Shown here: positions 28,501 through 41,597 of the stretch, piece after piece
Position numbering within the stretch: position 1 is the first letter of the stretch
Layout: each line of letters begins with the position of its first letter
DNA from: Octopus sinensis
Taxonomy: Eukaryota
Reading direction: 5' to 3'
Assembly: GCF_006345805.1 (NCBI RefSeq)
Contig: NC_042999.1
Span: 5,642,001-5,706,000 of the forward strand
DNA: 64,000 nt
Notes under the pieces: generated by a model
Database searches by the model: none
Seen by the model: only the letters and a program-made list of their open reading frames with translations
Told to the model about the DNA's origin: nothing
Made by a program: the position numbers and the translations under genes

Positions 28501-31500
28501 TGTTTGCTAGACAACATTATTACCTCCCGTGGAAACAAATGGACGTTAGTGACAGGAAGGACATCAGGATGTGTAAAACTTTGCCCCAACATACTCTTGT
28601 CTAACCCATGCAAGCATGGAAAAGTAGATGTTAAAATGACGAGGGTGATGATTGCCTAGAGTAGCTGTAATGAAACTTAAAAGTAATGTAAAAGAAGTGA
28701 TTGTGATATTTATTGGGTAAATATTGTGGAAGTCAAAAACAGATAGCCTAATATCTTTTCTAGCATTTTTTTGTTATATTTTGGAATGATCTTTCTTTTT
28801 TTTCTTTTTTTTTGCCAAATAAACACACAATATATTTTTTTCTTTACATGTTAATTACTGTTCTTATTTTATTATTTTAACTCATGTCCATTGTCCGGAA
28901 ATCTTTTGTCACACATCTGTGACCTCTTCAGCGACACTTTTCATTTTCATGTGTGTTCTTGCCCCACTTATTCTATTCTCTTCTTCTAAGGTGTGTGTCC
29001 CTATTTGTGTGTGTATGTCATAGTTTTTAGCCACAGTGTAGCCTTCCCCTCAGCAGCCCCATCGTCTCATCCTGTTGCGCTGCTGCTGTCCTAAGACCCC
29101 AAAAATATGGTACGGTTCCTGTGTAAGTGTGTTTGCCCACGGTGTTGTCATCGTGGTAGTTGTTGTTATTGCCATCATTATCACTGCTTCTGTTGTTGTT
29201 AATCGTGTTGTTGACATTGTTGTGGTCGTCCATAAAATTTCTTGTGTGTGTGTGTGTATGGGTTCGCTTTGTATGTATCCATGCCCTTTATATAAATTTA
29301 TTGTTTTTCTTATGCAATTATTTATGGTTTTTCCCTCACTTTTATATTCTCTCAACTTTTACTTTCAGTTCACCCTTAAAAATTGATTTACGTCCAATTT
29401 TGGTAAGTTCTGATAATTTTCTGCTACCAAGTTCTTGCTCTTTGTTGCTTTACCTGTAAATAAATGTTCAACCAAAATAGTTGTTAACTTCAAAAATGTT
29501 ATTATTTTAAGGAAGAAGCTATACCAATTCTTGCAACTTTTCTGCGGAAGAATCATCGCGCTTTGAAACTGAAAACGTTGGCCTGTCTTGATGTTCTTGT
29601 AAAACATTATGGTAAGTGATCCAAATGGTCTTTCGTAAATATTTTCAATGAATAATTTTCATTCATTGTTCGACCATGGTCGAGACAATGGAATTTACTA
29701 TGTTACGCCAGACCTCACGGTCCATCATAGTATTTATTATAGAGGTCCTGTTGCTGGATGCCTGTATCCCTGGAGATTACATCAGGGTAGGAGAGCGTGC
29801 GCCCTCTGGTATCGGGAGCAGATGGCTTCCAGAGGAGAACAGTAGAAATTACCTCATTTTCAGCTCTACAACAATGTCCAGCAAACTGGACTCTTCTACC
29901 TTTCACAAGAGATGACAGAGGTGGTAATTTCCCATATATTTGCATTTTGGTTGGATGATGCTTCCACGAGAGATTTTGAGCTCTCATAAGGAGGCGAGTG
30001 TAAGTTCCATCCAACCGCCCCTCAAGCTTCTTTGATAACGTCCAGGTTTCTGAGCCATAGAGTAGAATAGAATCAGTGAATAAAGAATGTCTTAGGTTGG
30101 ATCCTTTTTTTGAGATTTTGGTAAATGTATTTAACCGAAAGGTTTGGAAATACGTTTGATTTCATTGTTTAGAGTTAAAAATTAAAATTCCTATTCAGTA
30201 AATATGGATGTTACTCTTTTACTTGTTTCAGTCATTTGACTGTAGCCATGCTGGAGCACCGCCTTTTAGTCGAGCAAATCGACCCCAGGACTTATTCTTT
30301 GTAAGCCTGGTACTTATTCTATCAGTCTCTTTTGCCGAACCGCTAAGTTACGGGGATGTAAACACACCAGCAGCGGTTGTCAAGCGATGTTGGGAGGACA
30401 AAGACAGGCACACAACACACACACACACATATATGACGGGCTTCTTTCAGTTTCCGTCTACCAGGTCCACTCACAGAGATTTGGTCGGCCCGAGGCTATA
30501 ATAGAAGACACTTGCCCAAGGTGCCACACAGTGGGACTGAACCTGGAACCATGTGGTTGGTAAACAAGCTACTTACCACACAGCCACTCCTACACCTAAA
30601 GATATTTTATTTTCCTCTGTTAACTTCATAAGTGTACAAATAGAACTGGTTCAATGAGGATGTCTAGTTTCTCAAAAATATGTCTAGAGTTGTCCCCTAT
30701 CCTTAACCGAACATAAGACTCCTTGCTGCAGGCTAACATTCAATTTTTAATCAATTTAACTTTCAGAGTTGTCTCTCAGAACTTTAATTAATTAAAATGT
30801 TTTTTAACTCACTACATTATATATGAGGGCATATATACTGGACTATTCCACAACACAGTGTTAAGTACCTCCACTGAAGTATTCCTCTACATAACTGATA
30901 GACTTGAGTTATAGATTATTAAGAGAATTACAGTAGAATTCCACCACGGAGATGATTTTGACTGAAAAAGATTATTTTCCCCCCTTATTGTTATAATTGT
31001 GCAAATGAAGGGAGATAAACCTGAAACAGTCATTTGTTAAGACCGTCTCTAGTTCTGTTTATTTGATAATGTATGGAATAAATGATTAATAGTAATTAAG
31101 GGTGAAGTGGATGAGGGTGGCAGAATGTTGGAACATACAGTTTCAAAGGCTATTGGAGGGTCTGATTTATGATAAATAAACTAGGAAATTTGCCATAGAG
31201 ATCAATGTTGTCATTGCTCACATCTTAGTAAATGATGATTTTGATATTCTTTTCTATTCTTGGCACAAACTCCGAAATTTTTGGGGAGGGGGCCAATCGA
31301 TTAGATCGACCCCAGTACACAACTGGAACTTAATTTAGTGACACCGAAAGGGTGAAAGGCAAAGTCGACCTCAGTGGAATTTGAACTTGGAACGTATTGA
31401 CAGACAAAATACCTATTTCTTTACTACCCTCAAGGGGCTAAACACAGAGGGGACAAACAAGGACAGACAAACGTATTAAGTCGATTACATCGACCCCAGT

Positions 31501-34500
31501 GCGTAACTGGTACTTAATTTATCGACCCCAAAAGGATGAAAGGCAAAGTCGACCTCAGCGGAATTTGAACTCGGAACGTAATGACAGACGAAATACCACT
31601 AAACATTTCGCCCGGTGTGCTAACGACTCTGCCAGCTCACCACTTTGATGATTTTGATATTAAGTGATGAGTCATGTGTTTGTCTCTTATAACAAACACT
31701 ACACGGCAATTAAGAATAGATAAAAAACGGTTCTTTGGGCGCCAGAACTAGTTTTCTCAGTCCTTGATAGTGAAGAGGCATTAAAATTCATGTTTAAGAA
31801 ATCTTAAAGACAAAAACTTTCTTTCTTCTTCAGGTGTTTATTTGACTCCAGACATGATTGGCAACATGATGGAGGAAATGCCACCACTAATAAATGAAAA
31901 TGATCTGCATGTGTCACAAGTAAGTCAGCTTTTCTTATTTTGATTGTCGTAAAAGAATAACCTTTGTAAAATGAATCATCATCATCGTTTAACGTCCATT
32001 TTCCATACTAGCATGGGTTGGACGGTTCGACTGGGGTCTGGGAAGCCAGGAGGCTGCACCAGGCTCGAGACCAATCTGGCAGTGCTTCTACAGCTGGATA
32101 CCCTTCCTAATGCCAACCACTCCGTGAGTGTAGTGGGTGCTTTTTACGATCAGTTGGTGCTTTTTACGTGCCACTGGCACAGGTATCACAATTACAATTT
32201 CCATTTGATATTTATTTTGATGCTGATGTACTCGACTCAATAGGTCTCCTCAAGCACAGCAGGTCATGTGCCACCGGCACAGAAGCCAGTCAAGGCGGCG
32301 CTGGCATCGGCCACGTTCAGATGGTGCTGTTTTTGTTTTGTTTTTTTCTCCCTTTCCTTTCTTTCCTCCTGCATCTGTAGAATGAAAAGTGTTCTTACCA
32401 TTCTTTAATGGTAAGTGTGATAGTGCAGATGATGTGTGAAGGTTAGAGAGGAATGGGGTGAGTTTGCTTCACTGATGTGTAACGATGGGGTTGTATGAAG
32501 ACCAGTGCAGAGATGAGCCGAGAGAGAACCTGGGCATAAGACCAGAGTGTGTTTAGTATTGACCTGTGATGTGGACAAAGAATGATGGAGGAAAGAAGAC
32601 CAAGATGAGTTGTGTGTTGCTGGAAATTAAAACACACAAAATCTGACTAAAAACAAAAGTTACTGCCATGTTTTGGGGAGGGGGCCAGTCGATTAGATCG
32701 ACCCTAGTACACAACTGGTACTTAATTTATCGACCAGGAAAGGATGAAAGGCAAAGTCGACCTCAGCGGAATTTGAACTTGGAATGTAATGATAGACAGA
32801 ATACCGCTAAGCATTTCGCCTGGTGTGCTAACGTTTCTGCCAGTTCGCCACCTTGATAATTTATGATAATTTGTAATATAATTAATTTAGTAATTTAATT
32901 GGTTAAATGAATTAAAACATGCTTTTTTTTGTAATTTCAGCTGACACTAAATCTTCTAACATCCATCTTACATATACATCCTCCATCCATGACTAACATC
33001 CAAGATAAGATGTTACCCCAGATCTTGTTATTAGTCCAGTCACCTTTGTTACAAGGTGGGGCCCTAGACTCAATACTTGAATTCTTTCAGGCTCTTGTCA
33101 ATGCTGACCTACCAAAACTTGCATCCAGAGATCTACTTTTGGTAACTATCATTTCATTATTATTTACTTATTGTTCCTGGCATTCTTTGTTGTAAATTTA
33201 TTGGAATAACATTTGTCTAAACATCAAAGTCTGATGACTGAGCAGAATTGCATTTATCATAAGTAGAATGCATTTTGATGGATACACTTTAGCATTCGAA
33301 CCAGCCATATTTGGCCTAAATTTATGGGGGAAATGACCAGATCTGGCCTGTCCCACCTATTCTACTATGTAATTCATCATCATCATCATCATCGTTTAAT
33401 GTCCACTTTCCATGCTAGCATGGGTTGGACAATTGACTGAGGGCTGGCGAACCAGATGGCTGCACCAGGCCTCAATCTTAATCTTGCAGAGTTTCTACAG
33501 CTGGATGCCCTTCCTAACACCAACCACTCCGAGAATGTAGTGGGTGCTTTTACGTGCCACCGGCATGGGGCCGGTCAGGCAGTACTGGTAACGATCTCGC
33601 TCGAATGGTGTCTTTTACATGCCACGGGCATGGAGGCCAGATAGCCGTTCTGGCAATGATCACATTACATCATTGAAATCTCAAAGGTATGAAGTAAGGC
33701 ATGATTAATTCAAAACAATTTGAATAAAATAGTACATTTGACAGAATAATATGAATGCTAAGGGTGTTAAAATATATTAGTTGCTAGAAACCATCATCAT
33801 TGTTCGACCGTGGTTGAGACAATGGAATTTACCATGCTACGCCAGACTTCACGGTCCATCATGGCATTACGGGGGTCCTGTTGCTGGATGCCTGTATCCC
33901 TGGAGATTACATCAGGGTAGGAGAGTGTGCGCCCTCTGGTATTGCGAGTAGATGGCTTCCAGAGGAGAAGAGTAGAAATTACCTCTTTTTCAGCTCTACA
34001 ACAATGTCCAGCAAACTGGACTCTCCTACCTTTCACAAGAGATGACACAGGTGGTAGTTTCCCATATATTTGTACTTTGGTTGGATGGCGCTTCCACGAG
34101 AGATTTTGAGCTCTCATAAGGAGGCGAGTGTAAGTTCCATCCAACCGCCCCTCAAGCTTCTTTGATAACATCCAGGTTTCTGAGCCATATAGTAGAATTG
34201 GTTCGACTGTGGCTTTGAAGATTTCAAGTTTGAAGTCTCTACTTAGATTTGATGACCAGATCTTATGCATGTCATTACAGGCTGAGCAGGCCATACCCTT
34301 TCTAGTTAGAAAGTCTTTTCCAGATGATGATATGTATGACCCAAGATATTTGTAATCAGAAACCAAACTGGTCCTAATGTTTGTGTGGAGATTCATGCTT
34401 TTGGTCAGCTGTCTTCTTGTCCATTCAGTTTGAAACTATTTCCCTTACATTACTGATAGCCTTTAGAAAGGCATCAATGTTTCATCCTGTGTTTGTGTGT

Positions 34501-37500
34501 GTATCATCATCATCATCATTGTCATTTAACACCGGCTTTCCATGCTGGGATGGGTTAAACGGTTTTGACTGGAACTGGTAAATCAGAGAGCTGCACCAGC
34601 TTCCAGTCTGATTTGGCTTGGTTTCTACAGCTGGATGCCCTTACTATATATATCATCATCATCATCGTTTAATATCCATTTTCCATGCTGGCATGGGTTG
34701 GACAGTTTGACTGACGCCTGGCAAGCCAGAAGGCTGCACCAGGCCCCAATCTGATCTGGCAATGTTTCTACAATTGGGTGCCCTTCTTAACGCCAACCAC
34801 TCCAAGAACGTATGGGTGCTTTTTATGTGCCACCGGCACAGGAGCCAGTCAGGCAGGCCTGGCATTAATCACATTCGGATAGTGCTTTTTACATGCCACT
34901 GTCACTGGAGCCAGTCAGGTGGACCTGGCATCATCCACATTCGGATGGTGCTTTTTTCATGCCACCAGCACAAGAGCCAGTCAGTGGGTACTATCATCAA
35001 CCATGTTCAGATGAGGGTAAACTGGTCTCTCTCTCTCATCATCATCATCATCATCATCATTTAGCGTCCGTTTTCCATGCTAGCATGGGTTGGATGGTTC
35101 AGCTGGGGTCTGTGAAGCTGGAAGGCTTCATCAGGCCCAGTCAGATCTGGCAGTGTTTCTACGGCTGGATGCCCTTCCTAACGCCAACCACTCCGTGAGT
35201 GTAGTGGGTGCTTTTTACGTGCCACCCGCACAGGTGCCAGACAGAGCTGGCAAACGGACACGAACGGATGGTGCTTTTACGTGCCACCAACACGGGGGCC
35301 AGACAGAGCTGGCAAACGGCCACGAAACGGATGGTGCTTTTACGTGTCACTGGCACGGGGGCCAGGCGAGGCTCATTCTCTCTCTCTCTATATATATATA
35401 TAAAATCTCTGTCAAAGAAACCTAGAGCCATGCTGTCTCTATTATTGCTTCTATTTTTTTTTTTCTTGATAAGAACTTGTTGAATTATCTTTGCTTAAAA
35501 TAAGCATTCTCAGCAAGTTTAATTAGGATATATAAATATATATAAATATAAACTTGCTCTTTCTAGATTCAGATATTTATATAAATCATTGTTACATTGA
35601 ACACCAACAATTTACAATGAGCAATTAATGATTTAATTTAATTAATTTTCATTTATTTCTGTAGATGCTCATTACACCTGTATATAATCCTGTGTCTGGG
35701 GTGCAATCAAGTAATGCTGTTTTAGCTGTACATAAACAGGTAAAAAAAACATTTAATGTATTCTTTTTAAAAAGTCTGTGTTTGTCTTGTTGTTTTAAGA
35801 ATAACTATGGATGGCTTTTGTTTTGTTCCAGGCATTTCATTCGATTGCCAAGTGTGTTGCTGCTATAATAAGTCAGACAGAAGCTCCCAAAGTTATTAAC
35901 CAGTTTGTAGCAGATATTAGGGTAAGTATTTGACATTGACTTTATCAACCATTTTAATTATTTCCAAATACATCATCATCAAAAAATCAAATGGAAATTG
36001 TAGTTGTGATACCTGCGCTGGTGGCACGTAAAAAGCACCAACCGATCGTGGCCGTTGCCAGCCTGCCCTGGCACATAAGAAGCACCCACTACACTCATGG
36101 AGTGGTTAGCGTTAGGAAGGGCATCCAGCTATAGAAACACTGCCAGATCAGACTGGAGCCTGGTGCAGCCTCCTGGCCTCTCAGACCCTGGTCGAACCGT
36201 CCAACCCATGCTAGCATGGAAAACGGATGCTAAATGATGATGATGATAATTGCCCATAGGGGGAAATTATGTATTTGGTATGTTTGGCATTATTACCTCG
36301 TAGAGCCCCTGCTAATATCTTGAAATATGCTGTGTTGAAATCTGACAGCAACCCGACAGGTACTGGTAATACGTACAAAAGCACCTATGCTGTCACCATA
36401 TAATAAAAAAAGGGCCTGTGCTGGTACCATGTAAAAGCATCTGTGCCAGTGTCACATAAAAAGGGCTTGTGCTGGTGGCACATATAAAAGTCACCAGTGC
36501 ACTCAGTAAAGCAGTTGGCATCAGTGAGAGCAGCCAGCCATAGAAACCATGCCAAACCAGATGACTGAAGCATAGTGCAGCCCTCCTGATTGCCAGCTCC
36601 TGTCAAACTGCCCAACCCATGCCAGCATGGAAAACAGACATGAAATAATAAGGATAGTGGTGGTGGCAGTGGTGGCTGTATTTGGCTAAAGTCCATTTTG
36701 ATTTTTGTATCATAGCAATGCAATATGACACCTTATTCTGTTTAGAAGAATTACTCGGTAAAGTGGTTGGCACTAGGACAGGCTTTCAACTGTAGAAACC
36801 ATACCAAAACTGAGATTGCAGCCTTGTGGCTTGCCAGGCCCTGTAATACTGTCCAACCCATGCCAGCATGGAAAGTGGATGTTAAATGATGAGGAGGAAG
36901 AGGATGATATTCTGTAGTTTCTATTAGATCAACAATTTATAGGAGAGAGAGAGAGGGCGCTGTAGTTGATTGTGATGACATGAAAGGTAAATACCCTGAC
37001 AGGATGGGAACTTGGAAAGTAGACAGGGTGAAAGTAAATTACTGGGAAGCATTTAGTATAGGGTTCTACCTCTTCTACTGGAGTTTACTTCAATCTTTTA
37101 TAATTCTTAATTAATGTTAATTAATTGTTTCATGTCTCTCTTTTCAGCATGCAAAGGCCTCTGATTCTGTGAAGCTGTTTTCTTTATTAGCTCTAGGGGA
37201 GATTGGCCGACAAATGTAAGTAGCTTTGTTACACACTTCCTAGCCTTCCATTTGTGACCATCTCATCGTTTTATAGAACTAATTTTATAAAAACATATTT
37301 GGCACAGTTTTTTAAGAATCCCTTCTAAGCTGGTCTTGTTGGTTGTATGTCATCCATTTATCTGATATTATCCAAGCACTGCATGGTAATTCTATGTCTT
37401 GTTTCTTTATCAAGAACAATGACAAAACTACATCTCTTTGCATCATGCCTCTCACCCACCCACAAACCATTGGTGATGGTGCCATGTAAAAAGCACCCAG

Positions 37501-38898
37501 TAAAGTGTTTGTCGTTAGGAAGGGCATCCAGCCATAGAAACCATGTCAAACCAAACTATGAAACTTGGTGCAGCCTCTGGCCTTGCCACCTCCTGTCAAA
37601 ATGTCCAACCCATACCAGCATGGAAAACGGACGATAAATGACGATCTGTGTATTTTAAACCCTTTTGTTACCAACCCGGCTGAAACTGCCTCTGGCTCTG
37701 TAGTACAAATGTCTTGTTTTCATAAGTTCTGAATTAAAATCTTCCACCAAACCTTAGTCACAATTTATGTTCCTAACACTAGCTTAATGATAACTGAGTT
37801 ATTTTGCTAAATTTTTCGTTATAATTAAAGTAATTGAAAGAAACACAGAGCACCTCAAAATAAATGCAGTAACGAAAGGGTTAAACCTGGAGACAACTGT
37901 TGATTCATCATTAATTATATTTTAGATTTTGATTCTTGTGATATTGCTTTATCATAAAAATTGTATTAGTGTCTGTCTGATTTGAAATTTAAATTTGACC
38001 ACAGAAGGGATGGTCATGATAAGGATATTAATAAATGTAAAAATTGCTGAATCAACAAAAAAAATGACAGGATTGTCATGTTTGGAAGATTTGAAAAATA
38101 AACTCTGTAGCCATTAAAAGCTGGGACGGTCACAGTTACAAAGCTTATCTTAGTAATATTGAAAAAAATTGCTGATCCATAAAAAAAAAGCAAGATTGAC
38201 ATGATTGGAATTCAAATGTTTTGTTAATAAATTTTGATTATTTTTCACTCAACCATTGAAATTTGCATATTTTCACACACACACACACACACTGATATAT
38301 ATATATATATCATCATCATCATCATCGTCGTTTAACGTCCGTTCTCCATGCTAGCATGGGTTGGACGGTTCGACCGGGGTTCTGGGAAGCGAGAAGGCTG
38401 CACCAGGCTCCAGTCTAATTTGGCAATGTTTCTACAGCTGGATGCCCTTCCTAAATATATATATAAAGGGAAAGTTTACTAAAATAAACAAAAGACGAAG
38501 GCAGGTGGAGTACAAACAAACAAATGTATTAGTATGGCGCTCAGGAATAGAAATAGAAAAAGTCTTTTACGTTTCGAGCCTACGCTCTTCAACAGAAAGA
38601 TACACAGAAAAAAACAAGGAGAGAAAAAAATGCGTGTAGGAGCTAACGATCTATCATGGCATCCTGACATATATATATAAAGTCAGCGAGCTGACAGAGT
38701 TATTAGCATGTTGGGCGACATGCGTAACTGTATTTCGTCTGCTGTTACGTTCTGAGTTCAAATTCCACCGAGGTCGACTTTGCTTTTCATCTTTTCGGGG
38801 TCAATGAATTAAGTACCAGTTACGCACTGGGGTCGAGGTAATCAACTTAATCCGTTTGTTTGTCTTCTCTGTGTTTAGCCCTTTGTGGGTAGTAAAGA

Positions 38899-38930
<32 letters not shown>

Positions 38931-40635
38931 TAGATATATATTCATTCCTTCCCATGACTTTCATCAATGTTCCTGCAGTAAGGCTTTCACTTCCACACAC
39001 GCCAGCTTAATTTAATTTGTCCTTAGTCGAAAGACACCTATCATTTGTAATTGTGTACCATTTCTCCGTTTTTTTCCGTCCTTGTTATTGTATATACATT
39101 CGCTTGCTTTCTTCCAAAGAATCTAGTGCTCTTAGCTTAGATTCTCTTGGGGCCAGCCATATTAAAGCAGTCACGAGAGTAACTGGCCAAAACTGCAAAG
39201 ACAATCTGGTACTTGACTGAAGATTGAAAACTCCAAATGCCCCGTCCTTGTTTTTACTTGTCCTTTTTTTGTATCGTCAACTGTCCGAATGTTTTGTTGT
39301 CGCCAGTCACATTCTTGTTCCATTTTATATATCTATATACATAGAGAGAGAAGGGTGGGGAGAGACACACACATAAATTCACTCTTAGTAAATAGATTGT
39401 TGTTATTAGGGCATCCAGTCATAGAAACCACACCAAAACAGATGACTGGAGCCTGGTGCAGCTCTGAGGCTTTCCAGCTCCTGTCAAACTGTCCAACCCA
39501 TACCAGCATGGAAAACAGACATTAGATGATGATGATATAGAGGCCACGGGTTATGGTCTCACCATAACCCGTGGCCTCTACATGGGATGTAGCCAGTCCA
39601 CTTATGCATACCTTTCCTTCTTGGGACACAAAACTCTAATTGTGAAGACTTGTTGAGGCAAGTGAGAATCGAAATCAATCAACATTAATGGAAATTGCAA
39701 CTGTGATACCAGTGCCGGTGGCACGTAACTATCCGAACGTGGCCGTTGCCAGTGCCGCCCTGACTGGCCTCGTGCCGGTGGCACGTAAAAAGCACCATCT
39801 GTTCGTGGCCGTTGCCAGCCTCGCCTGGCCCCCATGCCGGCGGCATGTAAAAAGCACCATCCATCCGTGGCCGTTTGCCAGCTCCGTCTGGCACCTAAAA
39901 AGCACCCACTACCGTCACGGAGTGGTTGGCGTTAGGAAGAGCATCCAGCTGTAGAAACATTGCCAGATCAGACTGGGCCTGGTGCAGCCTTCTGGCTTCC
40001 CAGACCCCAGTTGAACTGTCCAACCCATGCTAGCATGGAAAGCGGACGCTAAACGATGATGATGATGATAATTGTACTGGATAATAGGATACAAATATGT
40101 ATATATAGATACATACACACATATATATATATATCCAGATACTCACACACACGTATATAGGGAAAATTAACAAAAGACGATGACAGGTGGTGTAGACAAC
40201 AAACAGATGTATTAGTTTAACATTCGGGAAGTGGAAAAGTCTTTAATGTTTTGAGCCTACGCTCTTCCACAGAAAGGAACAAGGAGAGAAAATAAAGAAT
40301 GTGTAGTGGCTAGCGATCTCTATATATATATATATAATATTAATTTATAAAAATAGGGTAAAGTAAAATAATTTACTTTACCACACACCAAGCTTTTTAG
40401 AAATAGCAGCCAAAAATTTGGCTATTTCTTCAACTGCAAGAAAAAGTTGAAGAAATAGCCAAATTTTTGGCTGCTATTTCTAAAAAGCTCGGTGTGTGGT
40501 AAAGTAAAATAATTTACTTTACCCTATTTTTATAAATTAATATTTCAAATATACTGTAAATGGTCTTTTTACATACGGAACACTGCTCGGTCGAATTAAT
40601 TAATAATTAATTAATTCTACCCTTTTTTATTGACA

Positions 40636-40671
<36 letters not shown>

Positions 40672-41255
40672 ACCATATATTTGTGAAAAGGGCAGATGTT
40701 GTCTCACAAGCAGTTGTGCAGGCAAAAGTGTTAGTAAATGTGGTTGGAATGACCTGAAAATTTGCACACCTATGTTAAAAGTGCTGGGGAGTTTGCATGG
40801 CAACTTTGAGTTTGCTCAATTGAAAGGCAAAATTCTAGGGCAAAATTCCTCATTGTTAAAATGTGGCCCAAGTAGACCCAAATGAAACTGGTTTATAATA
40901 CTAGTATGTATGTATGTGTGTATATATATATATAGAGAGAGAGAGAGAGAAATTGTTTTAAATCTTTGAGTGAGAGATGTACAGTAACAGTATCAGATAG
41001 TGATGTTTATATGTCAACATAACGTGGCAGTCCTTTACAGGACGATGTTACTGTTGTTATAGCCCCAGGAAAATATCTTTTCCAGCTGGCTATTGACACA
41101 CAGCTGTGCCCTAAAGGATAGCTATCTATTTACTAAGAACAAATTTATATCTGTGAGTGTGTGTCTCTCTCTTTAAATGTGTGTCCTCTATAGAACTTCC
41201 ACGTTGTGTTGGCATATAAACATTACTATATATATATATGTATATATACACACAC

Positions 41256-41296
<41 letters not shown>

Positions 41297-41553
41297 TAAA
41301 ATAGAAGTTGAAAATGCACTTAGAATAGTTAAAATGTTTTATTTTTATTGTATTTAAATATTTAACCAGTTTCACAAGTTTCATTGATTTTTCAGAAAGT
41401 TGAAATAGAATGACGTGACTTATGTTGCAGCTGTCTTTGCTCCTGACTAGTGTTTGAAGCTTGCCCTAATTTAATCTTTAAACATAACTATTCTCAGTGC
41501 ATTTTCAACTTTTATTTTACCTATGTTTCTAACTGTGTGGAATGAAATAACTT

Positions 41554-41597
<44 letters not shown>

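Noticed and set aside
39720-39900. CRISPR-like repeat array
   Set aside because: Eukaryotic intron; contiguous degenerate tandem units without unique spacers; no cas genes.
41365-41400. Minus-strand CTGAAAA...GAAAC inside the TIR element
   Set aside because: G8 missing and no convincing stems.
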